The translations under genes were made by a program, and so were the position numbers. DNA of 64,000 nt from Paraconexibacteraceae bacterium. Its GTDB lineage: Bacteria; Actinomycetota; Thermoleophilia; Solirubrobacterales; Solirubrobacteraceae. Below the pieces are notes generated by a model. It had not been told where the DNA came from, did no database searches, and worked only from the letters and a program-made list of their open reading frames with translations. The DNA lies in assembly GCA_963757775.1 (NCBI GenBank), contig CAVWSH010000001.1, forward strand, positions 494,803 to 558,802, read 5' to 3'. Shown piece after piece: positions 37,844 to 46,234 of this stretch; position 1 is the stretch's first letter; every line of letters starts with the position of its first letter.

Positions 37844-39394
37844 ATGATCTTCACGAGCCCCTACGCCGACGTCGAGATCCCCGCGGCCGCCCTGACGGAC
37901 TTCGTCCTCGAGCACTCCGCCGAGTACGGCGACAAGCCCGCGCTCATCGACGGCGCGACCGGCGCCGCGTACACCCACGAGCAGGCGGCGCAAGCCATCC
38001 GCGCCGCCGCCGGCGGCCTCGCGGCGCGCGGCATCGCCAAGGGCGACGTCGTCGCGCTCTACGCCGCCAACGCACCGGACTACGTCGTCGCCTTTCACGC
38101 CATCGCCGCCCTCGGCGCGGTCGTCACCACCATCAACCCGGCCTACACCGTCGACGAGCTCGCCTTTCAGCTCGAGCACGCCGGGGCGCGCGCCCTCATC
38201 AGCGGCCCCGAGGTCATCGAGCGTGCACGCGAGGCGGCCGCCCGTGCCGGCCTCGAGGAGCTCTACGTGTTCGGCGAGGCCGACGGGGCGACGTCGTTCG
38301 CCGCGCTGCTCGAGGGCGGCGCCGTGGCGCCCGACGCGTCGATCGATCCCGAGGACCTCGTCGTCCTGCCGTACTCGAGCGGAACGACGGGCCTGCCGAA
38401 GGGCGTGATGCTCACGCACCGCAACCTGGTGGCCAACATCCTGCAGTCGACGGCCCAGCAGCCGGTGACGGCCGACGACACGCTGGTCGGGGTCCTGCCC
38501 CTCTTTCACATCTACGGCCTCACCGTGGTCATGAACGCTGTCCTGCGCAACGGCGCGACGCTCGTCACCATGCCGCGCTTCGACCTCGAGGGCTTCCTGG
38601 GCCTCGTCGAGGAGCACCGCGCCACGAAGGCCCACCTCGTCCCGCCCATCGTGCTCGCCCTGGCCAAGAGCCCGGCCGTGGAGCGCTTCGACCTGTCGAG
38701 CCTGACCCTCGTCAACTCGGGCGCCGCGCCGCTGAGCGCCGAGCTGCAGGAGGCCGCCGCGGAGCGCATCGACTGCCCGGTGGTCCAGGGCTACGGCATG
38801 ACCGAGTCGAGTCCCGTCACCCACGTCACGCCACTGGATCCGGCGCGCCACCGGGTCGGCTCGATCGGGCCGCCCGTCCCCAACACCGAATGCCGGATCG
38901 TGGACGTCGCCACCGGCGAGGAGCTGGGCGCGGGCGAGGAGGGCGAGGTGTGCGTGCGCGGCCCGCAGGTCATGCGCGGCTACCTCGACGACCCGGAGGC
39001 GACCGCCGCCACGGTCGACCGGGACGGGTGGCTGCACACGGGCGACGTGGGCCGCGCCGACGACGACGGCTACGTCGTGCTCGTCGACCGCGTCAAGGAG
39101 CTCATCAAATACAAGGGCTACCAGGTGGCGCCGGCCGAGCTCGAGGCCGTGCTCATCCAGCACCCGGCGGTCGCCGAGGCGGCGGTCGTCGGGCGCCCCG
39201 ACGAGGAGGCCGGCGAGGTCCCCAAGGCCTTCGTGTCGCTGTCCGGCGAGGCCCGCGAGGAGGAGATCATGGCCTTCGTCGCCGAGCGCGTGGCGCCCTA
39301 CAAGCGGCTGCGCGCGCTCGAGGTCGTCGACGAGATCCCGAAGTCCCCCTCGGGCAAGATCCTGCGCCGCGTGCTCAACGCGCGCGAGTCATAG
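37844..39394 (+). CDS. AMP-dependent acyl-CoA/4-coumarate-CoA ligase family protein
   Basis: YSSGTTGLPKGV, GYGMTE, GEVCVRGPQVMRGY and SPSGKILRR motifs. Confidence 0.9.
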   Translation: MIFTSPYADVEIPAAALTDFVLEHSAEYGDKPALIDGATGAAYTHEQAAQAIRAAAGGLAARGIAKGDVVALYAANAPDYVVAFHAIAALGAVVTTINPAYTVDELAFQLEHAGARALISGPEVIERAREAAARAGLEELYVFGEADGATSFAALLEGGAVAPDASIDPEDLVVLPYSSGTTGLPKGVMLTHRNLVANILQSTAQQPVTADDTLVGVLPLFHIYGLTVVMNAVLRNGATLVTMPRFDLEGFLGLVEEHRATKAHLVPPIVLALAKSPAVERFDLSSLTLVNSGAAPLSAELQEAAAERIDCPVVQGYGMTESSPVTHVTPLDPARHRVGSIGPPVPNTECRIVDVATGEELGAGEEGEVCVRGPQVMRGYLDDPEATAATVDRDGWLHTGDVGRADDDGYVVLVDRVKELIKYKGYQVAPAELEAVLIQHPAVAEAAVVGRPDEEAGEVPKAFVSLSGEAREEEIMAFVAERVAPYKRLRALEVVDEIPKSPSGKILRRVLNARES

Positions 39395-39405
39395 GATCCG
39401 CCGCC

Positions 39406-39888
39406 ATGCCCTGGCAGATCTACCTCTCCGGCGAGATCCACACCGACTGGCGCGAGCGCATCGTCGACGGCGCCGAGGCCGCCGGCCTCGACGTCGACTT
39501 CACCGGCCCCGTCACCGACCACGCCGCCAGCGACGACCGCGGCGCGGCCATCCTCGGCGCGCCGAGCGACAAGTTCTGGCACGACCACGTGGGCGCCGGG
39601 GTCAACGCGATCCGCACGCGCACGCTGATCGAGCGCGCCGACGTGGTCGTCGTGCGCTTCGGCGAGCAGTACCGCCAGTGGAACGCGGCCTTCGACGCCG
39701 GCTACGCGGCCGCGCTGGGCAAGGCGCTCGTGACATTGCACCCACCCGAGCACGACCACGCGCTCAAGGAGGTCGACCGCGCCGCGCTCGCCGTCGCGCG
39801 CGAGCCCGAGCAGGTGGTCGACATCCTCCGCTACGTGGTCGCGGGGACGCCGGCCGCCGATCCCCGGGCCGTGCCTGCGCCGAAGTAG
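39406..39888 (+). CDS. YtoQ family protein (nucleoside 2-deoxyribosyltransferase-like fold)
   Basis: IYLSGEIHTDWRE...FGEQYRQWNAAFDAGYAAALGK closely follows the YtoQ pattern as I remember it from Bacillus YtoQ. Confidence 0.75.
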   Translation: MPWQIYLSGEIHTDWRERIVDGAEAAGLDVDFTGPVTDHAASDDRGAAILGAPSDKFWHDHVGAGVNAIRTRTLIERADVVVVRFGEQYRQWNAAFDAGYAAALGKALVTLHPPEHDHALKEVDRAALAVAREPEQVVDILRYVVAGTPAADPRAVPAPK

Positions 39889-40782
39889 TGGCCCGTCTGC
39901 ACGTCCTCGACCCAGCCGGGGTGGGTCGGCTCCCACCCCAGGACCGCGCGCGTCCTGTCGTTTGAGGTCGGGTTGTCCAGGCCGGCGAACCCGGCCAGGA
40001 AGCCGAGGTACTGGGGCGCCTCGTCCTCCGTGATGCTCCTGGCCTCGACGCCGAGCCTGCCGGCGATCGCTCTCGGCGATCACCTTGCGCGGGATGCCCG
40101 TGTCACCGACGCCGTGGAAGGTCGAGCCGGCCGGAGCCTTCTCCAGCGCGAGGCGATAGAGCACGCCGATGTCGTGGGTGTTGGCCGCCGGCCAGCGATT
40201 GTTCCCGTCGCCCGTGTAGGCCGCGACGCCGTTCTCACGGGCGAAGCCGATCAGCGCGTGCGTGAAGCCGTGATGGTCGAGGTCGCTGTGGACCATCGGC
40301 GCGAGCCGGACGACCGAGGAGCGCACGCCCCGCTGCCCCAGGCTGGTCGTGTAGTTGGCTGCGTCGACCCGGGGACCGCCCTCGGACTGGTCGTCCTCGG
40401 TGCCGGCGCGGCCCGTGATGCCGGCCATGGCGAGCATCAGCGTGCCCCCCGTGGTCACGAGGGGCTTGCCGGTGTCGACGAGGCCCTCGCCCAGCGCCCG
40501 GGTGGCCGCCATGTCGGCGTCGACCGCGTCCATGAACCGGCCGGTGAGCAGCGCCTCGTGCTTGAAGGCCAGGTGGATGACGCCGTCGGCCTCGGCGGCG
40601 GCGGCCGTCAGACCGTCGAGGTCGTCGAGATCGCCGCGGCGCACCTCGGCGCCGAGCGCCGCCACGGCCTGGGCGGAGGCCTCAGAGCGGGCCAGGCCGA
40701 CGACCTGGTGGCCGTGGTCGAGCAGCTCGGGGATGACGGCGGAGGCGATGTGGCCTGAGGCGCCGGTTACGAAGACGCGCAT
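39831..40782 (-). pseudogene. NmrA/SDR-family NAD(P)-binding oxidoreductase interrupted by a 1-nt frameshift near 40068
   Basis: MRVFVTGASGHIASAV... reads through to ...GIPRKVIAES. The expected continuation IAGRLGVEARSITEDEAPQYLGFLAGFAGLDNPTSNDRTRAVLGWEPTHPGWVEDVQTGHYF is in the +1 frame. This could be a sequencing error. Confidence 0.6.
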
Positions 40783-40802
40783 TGGGATCTCCATTTCGAT
40801 GG

Positions 40803-40855
40803 GCATGTCACCCGGTGTCGTCACTGTAGCACCTGCATGTCACATGGTGTCGTCA
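40803..40855. promoter_or_regulatory. Two 21-bp direct repeats (GCATGTCACCCGGTGTCGTCA / GCATGTCACATGGTGTCGTCA) in the SDR-TetR divergent intergenic region; putative TetR operators
   Basis: Read directly at 40803-40823 and 40835-40855. 19/21 identical. Each contains a CAC-N3-GTG dyad. Confidence 0.4.
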
Positions 40856-40871
40856 ACTACCCTGTGCAGCG

Positions 40872-41438
40872 ATGGCACGGTGGAAACCAGACGCTCAGGG
40901 CCGCCTGATCGGCGCCGCGATCGAGCTCTACGACGAGCAGGGATACGAGACGACGACCGTCGCCGAGATCGCCGAGCGCGCGGGGCTGACGAAGCGCACC
41001 TTCTTCCGCTACTTCTCAGACAAGCGCGAGGTCCTGTTCAGCGGCAGCCAGGAGCTCCAGCGCCGCTGGCTGGAGGGGGTCGCCGGAGCCCCTGCGGACG
41101 CGCCCCCGCTCGCGGTGGTGGCGGCTGGCCTGGATCCCGTGGCGGAGATGTTCGCCGAGCGTCACGCCCTGGCCCGGATTCGCTCCGCGATCATCGAGGC
41201 CAACCCCGAGCTGCAGGAGCGCGAGCTCATCAAGCTGCAGACCCTCGCCGAGGCGATCACGGCCGCACTGGTGCAGCGGGGCGTGGCCACGAACGCGGCG
41301 ATGCTCGCCGCCCAGGCGGGCGTGGCCGTCTTTCACGTGGCCTTCGCCCACTGGGTGGCGCAGGACGACCCGACCGCGTTCCGGCGCCTGATGGACGAGT
41401 CGCTGCAGGAGCTGCGGTCGGTGACCGCCGCCGCCTAG
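40872..41438 (+). CDS. TetR/AcrR family transcriptional regulator
   Basis: HTH TTVAEIAERAGLTKRTFFRYFSDKREVL; 188 aa. Confidence 0.85.
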   Translation: MARWKPDAQGRLIGAAIELYDEQGYETTTVAEIAERAGLTKRTFFRYFSDKREVLFSGSQELQRRWLEGVAGAPADAPPLAVVAAGLDPVAEMFAERHALARIRSAIIEANPELQERELIKLQTLAEAITAALVQRGVATNAAMLAAQAGVAVFHVAFAHWVAQDDPTAFRRLMDESLQELRSVTAAA

Positions 41439-41441
41439 CCG

Positions 41442-41765
41442 CTAGGCGCGCCGGCCGATCCGGCGACCGATCAGAAAGCCGACGAGCAGCGCGCCGCCGA
41501 TCGCGATGGGAGCCGGGTGCTCGCGTGCGCTGGTCGCGACCTGCTGGGCGCCGCCGCGCGCCGAGTCCGGCGTGTGGCGCAGCGCGTTGTCCTTGGCCTC
41601 CTGGACGTTGGCCTTGACCTCCTGCACCTTCTCGCGGGCCTGGGCCTTGACGTCGGCCTTCAGCGCGAGCTGCGCGACGGTCTCGCCGAGCTCGCGGCGG
41701 ATCTCCTCGATCTCGCGGCGGAGCTGCTCGGGGTCGGTCTGCTGTTGGTTGGGGGGCGTGCTCAT
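41442..41765 (-). CDS. DUF3618 domain-containing protein
   Basis: DPEQLRREIEEIRRELGETVAQLALKADVKAQAREKV plus a C-terminal TM segment. ATGA overlap with the upstream gene. Confidence 0.7.
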   Translation of the reverse strand: MSTPPNQQQTDPEQLRREIEEIRRELGETVAQLALKADVKAQAREKVQEVKANVQEAKDNALRHTPDSARGGAQQVATSAREHPAPIAIGGALLVGFLIGRRIGRRA

Positions 41766-42172
41766 TGCCGGGCCTCCTGGGCGCGCTGCTTGGTGTAGCG
41801 CACGTCCTCCTTGACGCTCTGCACGGTTCGCTCGGGCAGCGGCGGCGTCGCCTGCTGCACCTTCTTCTTGCCGCGGAGCGCGAGGATACCGGCGACGGCC
41901 CCGTAGAGGGCGGCGACGATCAGCGCCGAGGCCCACACGGGCAGCACCTCGGCGATGCCGGCGATGATGGCGGCGGTCAGGGCGCCCAGGGCGTAGAGGC
42001 CGAGAGCTCCGGCGCCGCCGAACATGCCGGCCCCCACACCGGCGCGCTTGCCCTTGACCCGCAGCTCCGCCTTGGCGAGCTCGACCTCGTGGCGAACGAG
42101 CTCGGTCGTCTGGTTGGAGAGCTGGCGCGCGAGGTCGGCGAGCGAGCGCTCGTGGTTCGCCTGGGATTCCAT
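41762..42172 (-). CDS. Phage-holin-family (Holin-X/PF07332-like) membrane protein
   Basis: SLADLARQLSNQTTELVRHEVELAKAELRVKGKRAGVGAGMFGGAG... with two TM segments. A common actinobacterial partner of DUF3618. Confidence 0.7.
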   Translation of the reverse strand: MESQANHERSLADLARQLSNQTTELVRHEVELAKAELRVKGKRAGVGAGMFGGAGALGLYALGALTAAIIAGIAEVLPVWASALIVAALYGAVAGILALRGKKKVQQATPPLPERTVQSVKEDVRYTKQRAQEARQ

Positions 42173-42246
42173 GTCCTTGCGGCTACCCGCGACCGCTCGC
42201 CGCCATGCAGTCAGGCACGCCGGGCGCCGCCGCGACCTGTGACAAG

Positions 42247-42363
42247 GCGATTGACTCCGTGCACTCCAGCCAGCGCGCGGCCGCGCTCGCCCCGGGCCTC
42301 AGCGGCGTCCAGGCGATGCGCTTCGTGATCCTGCCCGAGGCCGCGCGGCCCGTCGTCCCGTGA
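42247..42363 (+). pseudogene. Possible relic of an amino-acid ABC transporter permease (39 codons)
   Basis: AIDSVHSSQRAAALAPGLSGVQAMRFVILPEAARPVVP* resembles the ...I.SVP.GQ.EAA.ALGLS..Q..R.VILPQA.R...P permease block. No upstream or downstream remainder. Confidence 0.3.
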
Positions 42364-42518
42364 CGATCCCGCTCGCGCGCTACGTCGATCGCCTGCAGAG
42401 AAAGCGCGGACGGCATGACGGCGGTGCGCGAGGTCCGCGGCGCGAGGTCGGCTTCGGCGGCGAGCCGCTCCAGGTGTGGATCCTCACGCGCTGAGGACCC
42501 GGCGCGACACCCGCGCCG

Positions 42519-43538
42519 TCAGCGGATCGAGCGCTTGCTCAGCTCGATCGCCTTGCCCGCGTCGCGCGCGGTGACGAAGTTCGGGCCGGTGGGCAGGACG
42601 TCGCCCTGCGCCGGGAAGAGGCCGTAGCGCGCGCGTTCGGTGAGCAGCACGATGGGCAGATAGCCCTGGAGGTAGGCCTGCTGGTCGACCGCGAAGAGCA
42701 ACTGGTGGTCGCGCACGGCGTTCAGGACGTCCGGCCCGAGATCGAAGGTGGCGATCTTCGGCGCCCGCGCGCCGCCGAGCTGGCGGGCGGCCTTGACCGC
42801 CTCGATGCCGCTGGTGGCATTGAGGGCCAGGACGCCGTCGATGCGCCCGCTGCGGATGGCGTCCGCGATCTTGCGCGGCGTGGAGGGGCTCTGGTCGTCG
42901 ACGCCCAGCACGCGCGAGCGGCCGCCGGCGGCGCGCATGGCCCGGGCCAGCCCGCGGCAGCGGGCGTCGAGCCCCTGGTTGCCGATCTGCTGGTTGACGC
43001 ACAGCACGCGTCGCGCGCCGGCCGCCGCCAGGCGCTTGCCGGACTCGAAGCCGGCGCGATCCTCGGGCTGGCCGACGTGGGCCAGCACGCCGAGGCGTCG
43101 ATAGACGTCGCTGCCGGAGTTGATCGAGACGACGGGGATGCCGGCCTTGACGGCGCGCCGGATGGCGGGGGCCAGGCCGGGCTCGGGGATCGAGACGACG
43201 AGGCCGTCGGGGCGGCTGGCGACCGCCTGGTCGATCAGCGCCTCCATGCGGGCCAGGCTGTAGACGTCGGGCGCGCGGTACTCGACGACGACGTCCATCT
43301 GGCGCGCGGCGGCCTCGACGCCGTTGCGCACGATGGCCCAGAACGGGCTCGACGCCTGCCCGTGGGTGACCACGGCGATGCGCACGCCCCCGCTGGGGCG
43401 CAGCGAGCTCGGCGGCAGCTCGCCCGCCTGGTTGGGCGTGACCACGAGCGTGCGCTCGCGCACGCGCGTCGTCTCGCCGCAGCCGGCGAGCGCGACGACG
43501 AGCAGCGCGAGGGCCACGATGGCCGCCGCGCGGCTCAC
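42519..43538 (-). CDS. Periplasmic sugar-binding lipoprotein (PBP1, ribose/xylose-binding type)
   Basis: Lipobox LVVALAGCGE. RIAVVTHGQASSPFWAIVRNGVEAAA...IPVVSINSG pattern. The GTG start overlaps the kinase stop (GTGA). Confidence 0.85.
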   Translation of the reverse strand: MSRAAAIVALALLVVALAGCGETTRVRERTLVVTPNQAGELPPSSLRPSGGVRIAVVTHGQASSPFWAIVRNGVEAAARQMDVVVEYRAPDVYSLARMEALIDQAVASRPDGLVVSIPEPGLAPAIRRAVKAGIPVVSINSGSDVYRRLGVLAHVGQPEDRAGFESGKRLAAAGARRVLCVNQQIGNQGLDARCRGLARAMRAAGGRSRVLGVDDQSPSTPRKIADAIRSGRIDGVLALNATSGIEAVKAARQLGGARAPKIATFDLGPDVLNAVRDHQLLFAVDQQAYLQGYLPIVLLTERARYGLFPAQGDVLPTGPNFVTARDAGKAIELSKRSIR

Positions 43539-45067
43539 GAATGCTCCTGCGCGGAGGGGATCGTCGCCTCCAGGCGCGTGCCGCCGCCGGGAGGGCTGTC
43601 GATGGCGAGCACGCCGTCGATGACCGCGAGGCGGTCCTGCAGGCCGCGCAGACCGCTGCCTGCGTTCGGGTCCGCGCCCCCGACGCCGTCGTCGGCCACG
43701 ATCACCACGATGCCGCCGTTGCCGTCGCCGCGCAACTCCACGCGCGCCTGGGCCGCGTCGGCGTAGCGCGCGATGTTGGTCAGCGCCTCCGCCACGACGA
43801 AGTACGCGGCCGCCTCGACCGCCGGGGCCATGCGGCCGTCGATCTCGCTCTGCACGTCGACCGGGACGGGCGAGCGGGCGGCGAGCGCGGTGATCGCCGG
43901 GTCCAGCCCGCTGCGCGTGAGGATCGCCGGGTGGATGCCGCGGGCGAGCTCGCGCAGCTCGCGCAGCGCGGCCTCGAGGCGCACGGCGAGGCCGTCGACC
44001 AGCGGTCCCGCCTCGGGGTCGGAGATCGACGAGCGCAGCACGCGCAGCTCGAGGGCCAGGGCCAGGAGCTGCTGCTGGGCGCCGTCATGCAGATCGCGCT
44101 CGATGCGCCGGCGGGCCTCGTCGGCGGCCTCGACGATGCGCAGGCGCGAGACGCGCAGGTCCTCCACGCGCGCGCGCAGATCGGCCTTCAGGCGCTCGTT
44201 GTCGATGGCCAACGACGCCGCGGCGGCCGCCGCCTCGACGAGCTCGGGGCTCGTGTCGAGCGCCGCGTCGTGGACGATCGCCGCCACGCGGCGGCCGTCC
44301 TGCTCGACCGCGGTCCAGGCCCGGCCCGATCCGGGCTCGGGCAGCGCGACCGGGTGGCCGGCCTCGTCGACGAAGGCCTCGCGATCGGGCAGCCAGTAGG
44401 CGATGGCCACCGAGCGGTCGCCCAGGCTCTCGGCCAGCAGCTCGCGCACGGGCCCACTGGGCGTGGCGCGCGGCGCCAGCAGGGCGCGGCCGATCGTGCA
44501 CAGCACGGTGTAGAGCGCGTCGAGCGTCGCGATGACGAGCACCGCGGCCGCGGGCACGAGTACGAGCAGGGCGATCCCCAGGGCGGGCCCGAGGCGCCAC
44601 GGGCCCAGGTAGTCGATCGTGCCCAGGTCGGCGACGCCCTGCACCCCGAGGCTCAGGATCTCCGCCAGCAGCGCCAGCGGCACGAGCGCCACCACGCACA
44701 GGCCGGCGATCAGCAGCGGCTTGGTGGCCAGCAGCGCCACCATGCGCAGCAGGGAGCGGTCGGAGAGCATCTGAAGCGAGCGCCGCCACGGGCTGCCCGT
44801 CGTGGTGGGTGCCCCCGGCACGGGCGGGATGTGCAGGCCGAGGAAGCTGTTGGCCGCGCGGCGGTCGAGCCGCACCAGCCGCCGGCAGGCGGCCGCGGCA
44901 CCGAGCAGCAGCGGCAGCCCGATCCAGGCCACGCTGAGCGCCGCCCCCAGGATGAGCCCGAGCACGGAGAGCGCGCCGAGGATCGCGATGGGGACGTTGA
45001 CGACGAGATAGGCGGCCGCGTGCGACGCGCGCTCGAGGCGGCGGTCGAGGCCGAGAGCGGCGATCAC
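43535..45067 (-). CDS. Sensor histidine kinase (HisKA_3/NarL-partner type) with an actinobacterial multi-TM putative sensor domain
   Basis: H-box RRRIERDLHDGAQQQLL. HATPase N/G boxes (EALTNIARYA, DDGVGGAD, GSGLRGLQDR). The GTG start at 45067 overlaps the upstream stop. Confidence 0.85.
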   Translation of the reverse strand: MIAALGLDRRLERASHAAAYLVVNVPIAILGALSVLGLILGAALSVAWIGLPLLLGAAAACRRLVRLDRRAANSFLGLHIPPVPGAPTTTGSPWRRSLQMLSDRSLLRMVALLATKPLLIAGLCVVALVPLALLAEILSLGVQGVADLGTIDYLGPWRLGPALGIALLVLVPAAAVLVIATLDALYTVLCTIGRALLAPRATPSGPVRELLAESLGDRSVAIAYWLPDREAFVDEAGHPVALPEPGSGRAWTAVEQDGRRVAAIVHDAALDTSPELVEAAAAAASLAIDNERLKADLRARVEDLRVSRLRIVEAADEARRRIERDLHDGAQQQLLALALELRVLRSSISDPEAGPLVDGLAVRLEAALRELRELARGIHPAILTRSGLDPAITALAARSPVPVDVQSEIDGRMAPAVEAAAYFVVAEALTNIARYADAAQARVELRGDGNGGIVVIVADDGVGGADPNAGSGLRGLQDRLAVIDGVLAIDSPPGGGTRLEATIPSAQEHS

Positions 45068-45798
45068 CGGCGACCCTCGACCAAGACGTCCCCCGAGCTG
45101 CTCAGCGCCTGTATGGCGAAGGGCGCGTCGGCCACCGCGTCGACGCCGCTGACGGTCTCGCTCCCCGATGCGCTCTCGGCCTCGACCTGATAGCGGCCGG
45201 GCGGCACCGAGACGCGCACCGAGCCCTCGTTGGAGCGCACGGTCAGCTGCTGCGGGGCGCAGGCCGCGCCCGCCGCGATGTCGCCGCTCTCGCTCCGCGC
45301 CTCCAGTGAGAAGCCACAGAAGGCAGCGACGCCGATGGCGCCGCTGTGGGTGGTCACCCGCGCTGACCCGCGATAGCCGCGGAAGGCCACGGTCCCGCTG
45401 GTGGTGCGGACGGTCACCGGGACGTTGTCGGGCACGACCACGCGGTAGCTCACCGAGCACGCGCGCGGGACGGCATTGGGGCAGCGCGAGCGCAGGCGCA
45501 GCTCACCGCCCGCCACCGTGCGCTGCACGTCGGCGTCGTGGCCGAAGGCGTAGTGGTCGGTGCGCTGCACGCCGAGCAGCGCGCGCTGGCCGCCGCCGGT
45601 GATCGTCACGTCGGCGTCGTCGACGTCGAGCGACACGCCGCCCAGGGACCCGCGAACGTCGAAGGAGACCACCCGCTCGTGGCTGGAGGCGACGCTTGCG
45701 ATGGCCAGCGCGGCGACCACGCCTCCCACGACCAGCGCCGAGGCCATCACCACGATGCTCCAGGGCGAGACCCGCGTGGTGGCGGCCGGACCAGGCAT
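45064..45798 (-). CDS. DUF4097 (LiaF/putative adhesin-like) beta-repeat protein with an N-terminal TM anchor
   Basis: Repeated ...SG.[IV].[VA] strands (TSGTVAF, HSGAIGV, ESGDIAA, NEGSVRV, SSGDVLV). Confidence 0.6.
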   Translation of the reverse strand: MPGPAATTRVSPWSIVVMASALVVGGVVAALAIASVASSHERVVSFDVRGSLGGVSLDVDDADVTITGGGQRALLGVQRTDHYAFGHDADVQRTVAGGELRLRSRCPNAVPRACSVSYRVVVPDNVPVTVRTTSGTVAFRGYRGSARVTTHSGAIGVAAFCGFSLEARSESGDIAAGAACAPQQLTVRSNEGSVRVSVPPGRYQVEAESASGSETVSGVDAVADAPFAIQALSSSGDVLVEGRR

Positions 45799-45837
45799 GT
45801 CGGCACTCTAGTGGCGCATCGGCGTAGATTCCCGGCC

Positions 45838-46206
45838 ATGAGCGGGACAGACGACCTGGGCGCGCCGGTCTCCTACCTCACCCTGGAGCAGGGCACGGCG
45901 GTCCTGAGCGCCGACGGCGAGGAGCTGGGCGACGTCGCCCACGTGCTCGCCGACGAGGAGAAGGACATCTTCGACGGGATCGTGATCTCGCAGGGCCTCG
46001 GCCGCCACACCTTCGCGGACGCCGAGCAGGTGGCCAAGATCTACGAGCGCGGCGTCGTGCTGACGCTGAGCGCGGCGGAGGCCGAGGCTCTCCCCGAGCC
46101 CACCAAGAACCCCGCGGTGATCGAGGACGACCCGGCCGCGCCGGGCGACTCGCCGGTGACCGACAAGCTGCGCCGCGCGTGGGACCTGCTGTCGGGCAAC
46201 TACTGA
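45838..46206 (+). CDS. PRC-barrel/DUF2171-like protein
   Basis: LEQGTAVLSADGEELGDVAHVLADEEKDIFDGIVI pattern; 122 aa. Confidence 0.55.
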   Translation: MSGTDDLGAPVSYLTLEQGTAVLSADGEELGDVAHVLADEEKDIFDGIVISQGLGRHTFADAEQVAKIYERGVVLTLSAAEAEALPEPTKNPAVIEDDPAAPGDSPVTDKLRRAWDLLSGNY

Positions 46207-46234
46207 GCGCGCTCGGCATGAGAAGCTGCCGGCG

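Noticed and set aside
45068-45460. N-terminal 131-aa extension of the histidine kinase ORF, and similar extensions of the MFS (5028-5198), typA (28693-28722), 2-hydroxyacid dehydrogenase (57566-57682) and lysA (63614-63880) ORFs
   Set aside because: The extensions are Arg-rich and overlap upstream genes or the tRNA. Internal starts coincide with stop/start coupling or SD sequences and with family-typical N-termini.
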